Shown in pieces: positions 19,184-32,449 of a DNA stretch of 33,119 nt; position 1 is the first letter of the stretch, and every line of letters starts with the position of its first letter. The position numbers and the translations under genes are program-made. This DNA comes from Sulfurihydrogenibium sp. GTDB taxonomy: Bacteria > Aquificota > Aquificia > Aquificales > Hydrogenothermaceae. The stretch covers positions 1 to 33,119 of the forward strand of contig JBBIPN010000005.1 of NCBI GenBank assembly GCA_037442825.1, given 5' to 3'. A model generated the notes under the pieces. That model searched no databases. It was not told where the DNA came from and saw nothing but the letters and a program-made list of their open reading frames with translations.

Positions 19184-19250
19184 ATTGGAATTAAAAATAT
19201 AGTGATATACAATATTTAGTATATTTTTTATTTTAAAGAGGTGATTTTAT

Positions 19251-20654
19251 ATGTGTGGTGTTTTTGGTGTATACAATAATAAATCTGCTGCAGAATTAAC
19301 GTTTTTAGGTTTACATGCTTTACAACATAGAGGTCAAGAATCTGCTGGTATTGCAGTATCTGATGGTTATGATATAAATTTAAGGTTAGGACAAGGTTTA
19401 GTAACACAAGCTGTAAAAGAAGAAGACTTAAAAGAGTTAAAAGGCGATATAGCAATAGGTCATGTAAGATATTCTACAGCTGGAGGTTCAAATCCTAAAA
19501 ATATTCAACCATTTTTTGCCCACTTTTACGGTGGAAGTTTTGCCATAGCTCACAATGGTAATTTAGTAAATGCTACTCGTTTGAGATATGAACTTGAAAT
19601 GGAAGGTTCTATATTTAGATCAACATCAGATACTGAGGTTTTTGTTCATCTTATAGCTAAGTCGAGACAACCAGCTCCTTCCCATATAAACCTTCATAAA
19701 AACGATGAAGATTTTTTACCTCATGTATTTGAAGCGATGAAAAAAGTAAAAGGTGCTTACTCTCTTGTAATTCTTAGAGAAAAACAATTTATAGCAGTTA
19801 GGGATCCTTATGGTTTTAGACCTTTAGCGTTAGGTAAAAATAGATCTGGAAGTTATTTTGTTGCGTCTGAAAGCTGTGCCTTTGATATTGTAGATGCAGA
19901 GTATTTGAGGGATATTAACCCCGGGGAAGTTTTAGTTATAGATGATGCTGGTATTAGGTCTTACTATCCTTTTGAATACACAGAATATCCTAAAAAATGT
20001 ATATTTGAGTTTGTATACTTTTCAAGACCAGATAGTAAAATATTTAGGGACTGGGTATATGAGATTAGAAAAGAGATGGGAAGAAGATTAGCAAAAGAAT
20101 ATCCTATTGACGCTGATTGTGTAGTACCTGTTTTAGATTCAGGATTGTTAGCATCTTTAGGTTATAGTGAAGAAAGTAAAATACCTTTAGAAATAGGTTT
20201 AATAAGAAACCATTATGTAGGTAGAACATTTATCCAACCAGCCCAAGAGATAAGGGATTTAAGTGTAAGATTAAAACTAAATCCTGTTAGAAATGCTATA
20301 GAAGGAAAAAGAATAATCGTTATCGATGATTCTCTTGTAAGAGGAACCACAAGTAAAAAAATAGTAAACATGCTAAGAAAATCTGGAGCTAAAGAGGTCC
20401 ATATGCTTATAAGTTCTCCACCAGTAGTAAGCCCTTGTTATTATGGTATAGATACACCAACAAAAGAAGAACTTTTAGCTGCAAATTTAACATTAGAAGA
20501 AATTAAAAAGTTCATTGGTGCAGATAGTTTAAACTACCTATCACTGGAAGGTATGATAGAAGCAGCAGATAAAACAAAAGGTTACTGTACTGCATGTTTT
20601 ACTGGAAATTATCCTGCTTTAGACGATATTTTTACTGAAGAAGTTTTAAAGTAA
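19251..20654 (+). CDS. purF: Amidophosphoribosyltransferase
   Basis: MCGVFG, LQHRGQESAG, GHVRYSTAG, DDSLVRGTT, PCYYGID, C-terminal CxxC. Confidence 0.99.
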   Translation: MCGVFGVYNNKSAAELTFLGLHALQHRGQESAGIAVSDGYDINLRLGQGLVTQAVKEEDLKELKGDIAIGHVRYSTAGGSNPKNIQPFFAHFYGGSFAIAHNGNLVNATRLRYELEMEGSIFRSTSDTEVFVHLIAKSRQPAPSHINLHKNDEDFLPHVFEAMKKVKGAYSLVILREKQFIAVRDPYGFRPLALGKNRSGSYFVASESCAFDIVDAEYLRDINPGEVLVIDDAGIRSYYPFEYTEYPKKCIFEFVYFSRPDSKIFRDWVYEIRKEMGRRLAKEYPIDADCVVPVLDSGLLASLGYSEESKIPLEIGLIRNHYVGRTFIQPAQEIRDLSVRLKLNPVRNAIEGKRIIVIDDSLVRGTTSKKIVNMLRKSGAKEVHMLISSPPVVSPCYYGIDTPTKEELLAANLTLEEIKKFIGADSLNYLSLEGMIEAADKTKGYCTACFTGNYPALDDIFTEEVLK

Positions 20655-20668
20655 GGAGGTCAAAACCT

Positions 20669-21217
20669 ATGAAAAGGGTAGTCGTTCCATTGGCTGATGG
20701 TTTTGAAGAAATAGAAGCTATGAGCATAATAGATATACTAAGAAGAGCAGATATAGATACAGTAATAGCTGGGTTACATGAAGGACCTATTTTAAGTGCA
20801 AGGGGTATTAAATTAATACCAGACACTACAATAGATAAGATAAATGCAGATGATTTTGATATGATTGTTTTACCAGGTGGACAACCAGGAACTGATAACT
20901 TAAATGCAGATGAGACAGTAAGAAAACTTATTCAAGATTTTTATAACAAGGGAAAATTAACAGGTGCAATATGTGCTGCTCCTTACGTACTTGCAAACAG
21001 TGGAATACTAAAAGGTAAAAAAGCAACATCATATCCATCTTATAAAGACAAACTTAAAGATGCTGACTATTTGGAAGAATCTGTTGTTGAAGATTCAAAC
21101 GTCTTAACATCAAGGGGACCAGGAACAGCTGCATGTTTTGCCTTCAAAATTGTTGAAAAACTTGTAGGTAAAGAGAAAGCAGAACAGTTAAAAGAAGCTA
21201 TGTTGTTTAAGTGCTAA
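20669..21217 (+). CDS. DJ-1/ThiJ (YajL-like) family protein
   Basis: GFEEIEA..IDILRRA, LPGG, AICAAP, TSRGPGTA. Confidence 0.93.
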   Translation: MKRVVVPLADGFEEIEAMSIIDILRRADIDTVIAGLHEGPILSARGIKLIPDTTIDKINADDFDMIVLPGGQPGTDNLNADETVRKLIQDFYNKGKLTGAICAAPYVLANSGILKGKKATSYPSYKDKLKDADYLEESVVEDSNVLTSRGPGTAACFAFKIVEKLVGKEKAEQLKEAMLFKC

Positions 21218-23934
<2,717 letters not shown>

Positions 23935-23938
<4 letters not shown>

Positions 23939-25194
23939 TGGTAGAGATTGAAAAAATCGTTTATAATGGCTATGGGCTTGCAAAGAAAGATGGAAAAACA
24001 TATTTTATACCCTACGTTTTACCTAAAGAAGAAGTTTCAATTAAAGAATACCAACAAAAAAAAGATTATATTGTTGCATACCCAGAAAATATAATAAAAC
24101 CTTCTCCATATAGGATAGAACCTTTATGTAAATACTTTAAAATCTGCGGTGGCTGCGATTTTTTACACACTACCTATGAGTATCAACTTTCACTAAAAAA
24201 AGATATTTTAATTGACCAACTGAAAAGAATTGGAAAAATAGAAACATATATAGAAAAAATAATACCTTCTACAAATCCATTTAACTATAGAAATAGAGTT
24301 CAGTTAAAGTTTGATGGTAAAAATCTTGGATTTTATAAAAGAGATAGTCATGAAGTTGTAGATATAGATAGCTGTCTTATTACAAAAGAAGATATTAATA
24401 AGATAATAAATCCTTTAAAAAGATTTTTATTTAAGTATGCTATTTCCCCAAATCAGATACAGATATTTTCAAACGGAAAAAATGAAAAACTTTTAAAGTT
24501 TGTTTTTTCAGATAGTTCTCAAATTGCCAACGTTATCCATGACTTAACGTTATACAGAGAAGAAATTGATGAAAAAATTAAAGGTGTAGGGCTTTATATA
24601 AAAGAAGATAGAGTTATTTTAATTGGTGAAGATATTATTTTTGAAAATGTAAAAGATTATAAATTTAGAGTGAGTATAGATAGTTTCTTTCAAGTTAACA
24701 TATTTCAGATAGAAAATCTTATAGATGAAGTAGTTAACGAGTTTAAAGATAGTAGTTATAAAAAGGTGGTAGATTTTTACTGTGGAGTTGGAACATTAAC
24801 AATACCAGTTTGTAATTATGTAAAAAATGTTTTAGGTATAGAAAGTAATCCAGAAGCAGTAAAAGATGCAAAAGCAAATGTAAAACATAATAAACTTTCA
24901 AATGTAAAATTTTTAAAGGCAAAAACTGATAAAGGCTTAAAGTACGGGAAAGATTTTATACCAGATGTGGTAATATTTGATCCACCTAGAAGTGGTTTAA
25001 ACAAAAAAATTATCTTTGAGATATCAGATATAAAAAGTATAGAAAAGGTTATATACGTTTCTTGCGAACCTTCTACACTTGCAAGAGATTTAAAAGATTT
25101 CACTAGTAGAGGATTTAAATTAAAAAGTATAAAACTTTTAGATATGTTCCCTCAAACATACCATATAGAAAGTATCTCTGTTTTAGAAAGATAA
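23935..25194 (+). CDS. rlmD: 23S rRNA m5U methyltransferase, RlmD/TrmA family
   Basis: TRAM N-terminus, C.....CGGC Fe-S motif, YRNR, SFFQVN, DFYCGVG, DPPR.G, YVSC, DMFPQT.HIE. Confidence 0.9.
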
Positions 25195-25199
25195 ATTTT

Positions 25200-25230
25200 T
25201 AAAAAGGTGCCATAATAGGCACCTTATATA
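25200..25230. terminator. Intrinsic terminator between convergent rlmD and sdhA/frdA
   Basis: AAGGTGCC-ataata-GGCACCTT hairpin, with a U-run on the minus strand. Confidence 0.82.
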
Positions 25231-25232
25231 GA

Positions 25233-26939
25233 TTAGTATTTTCTTTCTTGTGGTTGGTATTTTATAATTCTTACTTCACTATACTCTACTTTTGGACCTT
25301 CTGGTGTATAGTAAGCAAGACTATGTTTTAAGAAGTTTTCATCATCTCTATTTGGATAGTCTCTTCTTGCATGAGCTCCTCTACTTTCTTTTCTTAAAAC
25401 TGCTGTTACAGCTATAGCTTCTGCAAGGTCCAATAGATATCCAAGCTCTATATAGTTTAGTAAAGCTGTGTTAAATATCTTTCCACTATCTCCAGGAGCA
25501 AGTAGTTTGTATCTTTCTTTTAATTCTTTTACTTTTTCTATAGCTTCAAGCATAGGTTTTTCTTCTCTAAATATACCTACTTTATCCCACATTGTTTGAG
25601 CAAGTTCCATTCTTATATTGTTTATATTTTCTTTATTTTCTTTCTTTAGTAAAGCTCCTATCTCTCTTCTCGCTCTTTCTTCTTCAGCTTTTAGATTGAA
25701 GTTATCATCTGGTTTATTCCTTGCATACTCTACAGCAGCAGCACCAGCAGGTTTACCAAATACTACAAGGTCTAAAAGTGAGTTTCCACCAAGTCTATTT
25801 GCTCCATGAACTGATACACAAGCACACTCACCTACAGCATAGACACCATTTACACCAGTCATACTTGTTTTATAATCTCTTACATCAATTCCACCCATTG
25901 AATAGTGGGCTGTAGGTCTTACTGGAATAGGTTCTTCTATTGGATCTACACCTTCAAAGTCTATACAAAGTTGTCTAATCTGTGGAAGTCTTGTTTTAAT
26001 CTTTTCAGCACCAAGATGTCTTAAGTCAAGGTGAACGTAAGCCATCATTCCTTCACCCCAACCTCTACCTTCTAAAATCTCTGTCTCTATGGAACGTGCT
26101 ACAAGGTCCCTTGGTCCAAGTTCCATCTTTTGAGGTGCATATCTTGTCATAAATCTTTCACCTTTATTATTTATAAGATATCCACCTTCTCCTCTTGCTC
26201 CTTCTGTAACTAATATTCCAGTAGACCTTAAACCTGTTGGATGAAACTGAACAAACTCCATATCTTTAAGAGGTATACCAGCTCTATAACATATAGCCAT
26301 ACCATCGCCCGTAGAACCTATAGCATTTGTATTCCTTACCCAGTAAACCCTTGCGTATCCACCAGTAGCAAATATTATAGCTTTTGCTTTAATTGCATGA
26401 ACTTCACCGCTTCTAATATCAATTGCTATAACACCTTTTGCTTCGTTGTTATCAACGATAAGTTCGGTAACAAACCATTCATTTAAAAATTCAACGTCAT
26501 TTTTTAAACACTGCTCATAAAGCGTATGTAATATAACGTGTCCTGTTTTGTCTGCAGCATAACATGTTCTCGGAAAACCAGCACCACCAAACGGTCTTTG
26601 TGCAATCTTCCCATCAGGAAGACGAGAGAATGGCACACCTAAATGTTCAAGTTCATATATTCTTTTTGGTGCTTCTTGACACATAAACTCAATAGCATCT
26701 TGGTCTCCAAGATAATCACTACCTTTTACAGTGTCAAATGTATGAACTTCCGGAGAATCTGATGGATCAAAGTTTCCTAAAGCTGCATTTATACCACCTT
26801 GTGCTGCACCAGTATGAGACCTTGTTGGATACACTTTTGTAACTACCCCTACTTTTACATCTTTTGCTTTACTTGCTTCAAGTGCAGCCATTAAACCTGC
26901 GCCACCTGCTCCCACTATTAAAACATCATAACTTAGCAT
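25233..26939 (-). CDS. sdhA: Succinate dehydrogenase/fumarate reductase flavoprotein subunit
   Basis: GAGGAGL, covalent-FAD motif RSHTGAAQGG, QRPFGG, QFHPTG, EGARGEGG, HYSMGG, HGANRLGGNSL, ESRGAH. Confidence 0.96.
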   Translation of the reverse strand: MLSYDVLIVGAGGAGLMAALEASKAKDVKVGVVTKVYPTRSHTGAAQGGINAALGNFDPSDSPEVHTFDTVKGSDYLGDQDAIEFMCQEAPKRIYELEHLGVPFSRLPDGKIAQRPFGGAGFPRTCYAADKTGHVILHTLYEQCLKNDVEFLNEWFVTELIVDNNEAKGVIAIDIRSGEVHAIKAKAIIFATGGYARVYWVRNTNAIGSTGDGMAICYRAGIPLKDMEFVQFHPTGLRSTGILVTEGARGEGGYLINNKGERFMTRYAPQKMELGPRDLVARSIETEILEGRGWGEGMMAYVHLDLRHLGAEKIKTRLPQIRQLCIDFEGVDPIEEPIPVRPTAHYSMGGIDVRDYKTSMTGVNGVYAVGECACVSVHGANRLGGNSLLDLVVFGKPAGAAAVEYARNKPDDNFNLKAEEERARREIGALLKKENKENINNIRMELAQTMWDKVGIFREEKPMLEAIEKVKELKERYKLLAPGDSGKIFNTALLNYIELGYLLDLAEAIAVTAVLRKESRGAHARRDYPNRDDENFLKHSLAYYTPEGPKVEYSEVRIIKYQPQERKY

Positions 26940-26958
26940 GTTTATCTTCCTCCTTTAT

Positions 26959-26981
26959 TAATAAAACAATGTTTTATTATA
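26959..26981 (-). promoter_or_regulatory. -10 box and overlapping 10-1-10 palindrome upstream of sdhA/frdA
   Basis: TAATAAAACA-A-TGTTTTATTA (26959-26979); minus-strand TATAAT at 26976-26981. Confidence 0.5.
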
Positions 26982-27206
26982 GAATAACATTAAAATATTT
27001 TCCAGTAAATATTATAAAATTAAATTTTTTATTGTTTTTTTGCTTTACGTAATTTTACTATAAAGATTCTTAAAAATTATTAATATAATTTTACAACAAC
27101 ACCATCTTTAAAATCTTTGTATTGATAATCAGATTTTCAAGTAAATAAATTATTCTGTAATAGTATTTTTTCAGTTGTAACCTAAAAAACCACCAACTTA
27201 CAAAAA

Positions 27207-27215
27207 TGGTAAAAT
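27207..27215 (+). promoter_or_regulatory. Putative extended -10 promoter of the carA operon
   Basis: TGgTAAAAT, 28 bp before the ATG. Confidence 0.5.
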
Positions 27216-27243
27216 ATATATCTAAAATTTTGCGAGGTTTTTA

Positions 27244-28371
27244 ATGAAAAAAGCTATTCTTGCTCTCGAAGATGGACATTTTTTCTATGGTTATGCATTT
27301 TCTGATTTTAATTTAAAAGAAACTGGTGGTGAAGTTATATTCAATACATCTATGACAGGTTATCAAGAAGTTCTTACAGACCCATCCTACAAAGGACAGA
27401 TTGTTGTCATGACTCCATCAGAAATAGGAAACTATGGAATAAATGATGAAGATAATCAATCAGATAGAGTTTGGGTCAATGGTTTTGTTGTAAAAGATAT
27501 TCCATCTATATACTCAAACTATAGAGCAAGAAAAAGCTTAGCTGAATATTTAGAAGAAAACAATGTAGTTGGAATATATGGAGTAGACACAAGGGCAGTA
27601 GTTAGAGTACTTAGAGAAAAAGGTGTAATGAAAGGGTATATAGGTATTGGAGATATATCACCACAGGAAGCTGTAAGAAAGGCAAGAAGTATTCCAGATA
27701 TATCTGAACTAAACCTTGTAAAAGAAGTTTCTACATCTTCTGTATACAGATGGACTCAAAAAAGCTGGAAATGGCCAGAAGGTTATACAGAGCAAACAGA
27801 GTTTCACTATAAAGTAGCTGTTATAGATTATGGCGTAAAAAAAGATATTTTAAGACTTCTTGCAGATAGACATCTAGAACTTATCTGTTTTCCTTACAAT
27901 GTTTCAGCTGAAGAAGTTTTAGCAATCAATCCAGATGGTATTTTTCTATCTAATGGACCTGGAGACCCAGCTATACTAAAATATCAGATAGACCAGATTA
28001 AAAAATTAATAGCATCAGAAAAACCAATATTTGGTATATGTCTTGGACATCAACTCCTTACCTGGGCTTTTGGAAGTAGAACATATAAACTCGAATTTGG
28101 ACATCATGGTGGAAACCATCCAGTAAAAAATCTAAAGACTGGAAGAGTAGAAATAACAGCACAAAATCACAACTACGCTACTGATGACTCTAAGCTACCT
28201 CAAGATGTAGAGATAACACATATAAACCTAAACGATAATACAGTAGAAGGAATGAAACATAAAAACTATCCAGTATTCTCTATTCAACATCACCCAGAAG
28301 CAGCACCAGGACCACATGACTCATTCTATATTTTTGATGAATTTTACAACCTTATAAAAACTTGCAAATGA
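27244..28371 (+). CDS. carA: Carbamoyl-phosphate synthase small subunit
   Basis: GEVIFNTSMTGYQEVLTDPSY.GQ, LSNGPGDP, FGICLGHQ, GHHGGNHPV, HPEAAPGPHD. Confidence 0.99.
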   Translation: MKKAILALEDGHFFYGYAFSDFNLKETGGEVIFNTSMTGYQEVLTDPSYKGQIVVMTPSEIGNYGINDEDNQSDRVWVNGFVVKDIPSIYSNYRARKSLAEYLEENNVVGIYGVDTRAVVRVLREKGVMKGYIGIGDISPQEAVRKARSIPDISELNLVKEVSTSSVYRWTQKSWKWPEGYTEQTEFHYKVAVIDYGVKKDILRLLADRHLELICFPYNVSAEEVLAINPDGIFLSNGPGDPAILKYQIDQIKKLIASEKPIFGICLGHQLLTWAFGSRTYKLEFGHHGGNHPVKNLKTGRVEITAQNHNYATDDSKLPQDVEITHINLNDNTVEGMKHKNYPVFSIQHHPEAAPGPHDSFYIFDEFYNLIKTCK

Positions 28372-29546
28372 TAGAAAATAAAAAGATAAAAGAAAGATGG
28401 ATATTAGGCTCTCTATTTCTAAATCTATTCCTTTCTATTTTAAAGCTCGTATTTGGAATTATAACAAACAGTTTAGGAATAATAGCAGAAGCTATACACT
28501 CTTTTTCAGACCTTATTGCATCTATAGTTTCGTTTATCAGTATTAAACTGTCTTCAAAAAAATCTGAAGATTTTCCTTATGGACTTTATAAAATTGAAAA
28601 TATAGCAGCTATAATAATCTCTTTCTTTCTTTTGTTTGCAGCATACGAAATATTTAAAGAAGCATTTTTAAAATCAGAAAAAACAGAGATAATAAATCCA
28701 GAATATGCTATTTTTGTAATGTTTATTGCTATGGTTACTACATTTTTCTATTCAAGGTATGAAAAAAAAGCTGGAGAAAAACTAAACTCTCCAACACTTA
28801 TAGCAGATGCTGAACATATATGGGCTGATTTTTTATCATCAATAATAGTAATAATAGGACTTATCAGTGTATACTTCGGTTATAATTTAGACAGGTATGC
28901 AGCAGCTATTGTATCTATTTTCATAATAAAAAGTGGATTTGATATTTTTAAAGAATCTATAAAAGTTTTACTTGATTTTTCACTTGATAAAGAAGATATA
29001 GAAAAAATTAAAAATATAGTACTTAAACATCCAGCTATAGTAGATATAAAAGTTATTAAAGGAAGGTCTGCTGGAAGTTATAAATTTTTAGAGATAGAAC
29101 TCCTACTTCACAACACATCCTTAAGGGAAGCCCATAGAATAGTAGATGAGATAGCAGATGAGATAAAATCAAAGATTGACAATATAGATTCTGTAGTTAT
29201 ACACTATGAACCTGCAAGACAAGAAGGTTTAAGAATAGGGATACTTTCAGATGGAAATGATAAAATAACAGATTTTGAAAATGCTAAAAAGATTTACATA
29301 TTTGATATAAGTAAAGATTTTAAGATATTAAACAAACAAGAACTATCTATAACAAACATAGATAAAATAATCTCAAATTTAGGTTTAGATATAGTAGTAT
29401 CTAAGAATCATCCAATGAATCTTAAAACAAGATTTTTACTCTCAAAAAGTAGTGTTATGGTTTGGGAAACAGAAAATACAGAAATTGATAAATCACTATC
29501 AGAAGTGATAAAATCTTGGAAAGAATTTATAAAAGGTGAGGGATAA
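28368..29546 (+). CDS. Cation diffusion facilitator transporter with an extra C-terminal NifB/NifX-like domain
   Basis: HSFSD and HIWAD metal sites, FPYG..K.EN, dimerisation domain ending IHYEP, about 105 aa extra C-terminal domain; ATGA overlap with carA. Confidence 0.9.
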   Translation: MIENKKIKERWILGSLFLNLFLSILKLVFGIITNSLGIIAEAIHSFSDLIASIVSFISIKLSSKKSEDFPYGLYKIENIAAIIISFFLLFAAYEIFKEAFLKSEKTEIINPEYAIFVMFIAMVTTFFYSRYEKKAGEKLNSPTLIADAEHIWADFLSSIIVIIGLISVYFGYNLDRYAAAIVSIFIIKSGFDIFKESIKVLLDFSLDKEDIEKIKNIVLKHPAIVDIKVIKGRSAGSYKFLEIELLLHNTSLREAHRIVDEIADEIKSKIDNIDSVVIHYEPARQEGLRIGILSDGNDKITDFENAKKIYIFDISKDFKILNKQELSITNIDKIISNLGLDIVVSKNHPMNLKTRFLLSKSSVMVWETENTEIDKSLSEVIKSWKEFIKGEG

Positions 29547-29551
29547 AAACA

Positions 29552-30400
29552 ATGATAGGAAGAATTATTGTTGGTCTTGATGGTTCAAAATCTAGTAATA
29601 TAGCAAGTCAGTACGCTATCTTTTTATCAAAAAAGTTAAAAAAACCTGTTTTAGGTGTTCATGTTATTGATATTAGGCTTTTAGAAGGTCCGTTTTTAGC
29701 TGATTTGGCAGGTGGATTAGGTTTTGCTACATATTCAGATTTAACTGTCAAAATTAAAGATATTTTAGAAGCAAAATCTGATGCTATAATTAATAAGTTT
29801 GCTTCTGAATGCAGAGAAAAAGGTGGTGATTGTTCTATAGCTTCCATATATGGTATAGTTGTAGATGAACTGGTAAACAATGCTGACCCAGAGGATATAA
29901 TAATTGTTGGGAAAAGAGGAGAACATTTCGAATTTAATCCGTTATTACTTGGTTCTACAGCTGAAGGTGTAACAAGAAAATCTAAATGTCCCGTTGTTAT
30001 AACACCAAACGAATTTAGAGAAATAAAATCTATACTACTTGCTTTTGATGGAAGAGAAAAATCTGTCCATGGAGCTATCTATACAAACTATTTAGCTAAA
30101 AGTTTAGGTATAGAAAAAATAGAAGTTATATCAGTATTTAAAGATAAAGTAGAAGATGAACCATTAAAGGTTGAGTTTGAGAATAGACTTAAAAACATTT
30201 TAGAGGTACCTTTTGATTTTGTTGATAAGTATGGGTTACCAGAAGAGATGATTGAAAATTATATAACTGAGAATAAAGAGCGTTTAGACCTTGTTGTTAT
30301 GGGTGCTTTTGGAGAAAGTTTAGTAAAAGAACTTATATTAGGAAGTACTACAAACTACATTATATCTAAATCACCTATTCCAGTACTACTTGTTAAGTAA
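29552..30400 (+). CDS. Tandem universal stress protein
   Basis: IIVGLDGS, VGKRG..LLGSTAE...CPVV, ILLAFDG, VMGAFG...LILGSTT...PVLLVK. Confidence 0.93.
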   Translation: MIGRIIVGLDGSKSSNIASQYAIFLSKKLKKPVLGVHVIDIRLLEGPFLADLAGGLGFATYSDLTVKIKDILEAKSDAIINKFASECREKGGDCSIASIYGIVVDELVNNADPEDIIIVGKRGEHFEFNPLLLGSTAEGVTRKSKCPVVITPNEFREIKSILLAFDGREKSVHGAIYTNYLAKSLGIEKIEVISVFKDKVEDEPLKVEFENRLKNILEVPFDFVDKYGLPEEMIENYITENKERLDLVVMGAFGESLVKELILGSTTNYIISKSPIPVLLVK

Positions 30401-30409
30401 GAGGTGTTG

Positions 30410-31285
30410 ATGGAAAGAGATTTTGGTGGGTTTGAAGGAATATTAATTATAGGACTTGGTTTAATAGGGGGCTCTTTAGCGATAGCTTTAAAAAAAGAAG
30501 GTTTCCAAGGAAAAATTTATGGTTATGATTTAAACGAAAATAGAATAAATAAAGCATTAGAGTTAAAAGCTATAGATAGTGGTTATAGGGATTATAAAGA
30601 TGTACCTTGGGAAAATGTTGATTTAGTTATTTTATCTACACCTGTAAGAACATTTGAAAGTATAGCAAAAGAGATTAAACCTTTTATAAAAGAATATACA
30701 ATAATATCAGATGTTGGAAGTGTTAAAGGTGATTTAGTATTAAAACTTTACGAAATTTTAAAACCTCATCTATTTGTTGGTGTTCATCCAATAGCAGGTA
30801 CAGAAAAAGAAGGTATAGAAAATGCAAAACCTGATTTATTCAAAAATACACGTCTTATTTTAACACCTATTGGAAACGATGTAGAAAAGATAAAAAAGGT
30901 TGAAAACCTTTGGAAAGATATTGGTTCCAAAACAGAAATTATGAATCCCCATTTACATGATATTGTATTTGCAAGTGTTTCCCATTTACCTCATGCTATC
31001 GCTTTTACATTGGTTGACAGTCTTATTGAGCTATCAAAAGAAACAAACATAGATTTATTTAAATATCCAGGGGCTGGATTTAAAGATTTTACACGTATTG
31101 CCGCAAGTTCTCCAACAGTTTGGAAAGATATATTCTTAGAAAATAAAGAAAATGTTTTATATACCATAGATATATTCATAAAGTCATTAGAGAAACTAAG
31201 AGAAAGCATAAAAAGAGAAGATGAAGAAAATATTATGAATATACTATCTGAAAGTAGAGAAAAGAGACTATCTCTTGAAAAATAA
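30410..31285 (+). CDS. tyrA: Prephenate dehydrogenase
   Basis: GLGLIGGS, DVGSVK, HPIAGTE, HD...A.VSHLPH, GFKDFTRIAASSP..W.DIF; ATG 30410 follows GAGG. Confidence 0.95.
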   Translation: MERDFGGFEGILIIGLGLIGGSLAIALKKEGFQGKIYGYDLNENRINKALELKAIDSGYRDYKDVPWENVDLVILSTPVRTFESIAKEIKPFIKEYTIISDVGSVKGDLVLKLYEILKPHLFVGVHPIAGTEKEGIENAKPDLFKNTRLILTPIGNDVEKIKKVENLWKDIGSKTEIMNPHLHDIVFASVSHLPHAIAFTLVDSLIELSKETNIDLFKYPGAGFKDFTRIAASSPTVWKDIFLENKENVLYTIDIFIKSLEKLRESIKREDEENIMNILSESREKRLSLEK

Positions 31286-31338
31286 CAAATTTTAAATAAC
31301 TTGAATCCCACTAAAAAGTATATCAAAGGTGAGAAATA

Positions 31339-32442
31339 ATGATTGTAGAAGTTTTAAAAGCAAAATATGAAGAGATAAAAGAAAAATGGGATAAACTTAA
31401 AGAAATTTTAAAGCCAGAAGCATTAGAAGAAGAGTCGAAAAATCTTGATAGCTTAATGTCAGACCCTAACTTTTGGAATGATACAAAAAAAGCAAAAGAG
31501 ATTTCTTCAAAAAGAAACTACGTAGGTGAAAGATTAAGCGAAATTCTAAACTTACAGAAAAAAATAGATGATGTGTATGAATATATATCTATTTTAGAAC
31601 TTGAAGAAGACGAAGAGTTGTATAAAGAGTTAGAAAAAGAGTTATCAAATATTGAAAAGGAAATTAGCAAGCTTGAAATAAGCAGACTTCTTTCTGATGA
31701 GATGGATTTTAAAAATGCTATTTTAACAGTTCAAGCAGGTTCTGGTGGTGTAGAAGCCTGTGATTGGACAGAGATGCTATTAAGAATGTATCTAAGATGG
31801 GCAGAAAAGAAAGGTTATCAAGTTGAGATAGTAGATTATCAGCCAGATGATGTAGCTGGGGTAAAAAGTGCAACTGTAATAATAAAAGGTCCTTATGCTT
31901 ATGGATATTTAAAAGGTGAGCAAGGTGTCCACAGATTAGTTAGAATATCACCATTTGATGCAAACAAAAGAAGACACACATCTTTTTCCGCTGTATCTGT
32001 AATACCTGAGATAGACGAAGATATTAAGATAGAGATAAATGAAGATGAATTAAAAATAGATACATATAGAGCCAGTGGTGCAGGTGGTCAGCACGTAAAC
32101 AAAACAGATAGTGCTGTAAGAATAACACATATACCAACAGGGATAGTTGTAGCATGTCAAAGTGAAAGGTCTCAATTACAAAATAAAATAAAAGCACTAA
32201 ATATGCTAAAAGCAAAACTATACCAACTTGAACTGGAAAAAAGAAAAGAACTTGAAAAAGAACTTCAAGGTGAAAAAAAAGATATTACTTGGGGCAGCCA
32301 AATAAGATCTTATGTATTCCAACCGTACCAGCTTGTAAAAGATTTAAGGACAGGTTATGAAACAGGAAATATAGAAGCGGTAATGGATGGAGAAATTGAC
32401 GATTTTATGGAAAGTTATTTAAAATGGAAAGCATTACATTGA
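31339..32442 (+). CDS. prfB: Peptide chain release factor 2, continuous ORF
   Basis: SPF specificity motif, GGQ motif, [13 protein letters not shown]; no internal stop. Confidence 0.98.
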   Translation: MIVEVLKAKYEEIKEKWDKLKEILKPEALEEESKNLDSLMSDPNFWNDTKKAKEISSKRNYVGERLSEILNLQKKIDDVYEYISILELEEDEELYKELEKELSNIEKEISKLEISRLLSDEMDFKNAILTVQAGSGGVEACDWTEMLLRMYLRWAEKKGYQVEIVDYQPDDVAGVKSATVIIKGPYAYGYLKGEQGVHRLVRISPFDANKRRHTSFSAVSVIPEIDEDIKIEINEDELKIDTYRASGAGGQHVNKTDSAVRITHIPTGIVVACQSERSQLQNKIKALNMLKAKLYQLELEKRKELEKELQGEKKDITWGSQIRSYVFQPYQLVKDLRTGYETGNIEAVMDGEIDDFMESYLKWKALH

Positions 32443-32449
32443 ACACTCC

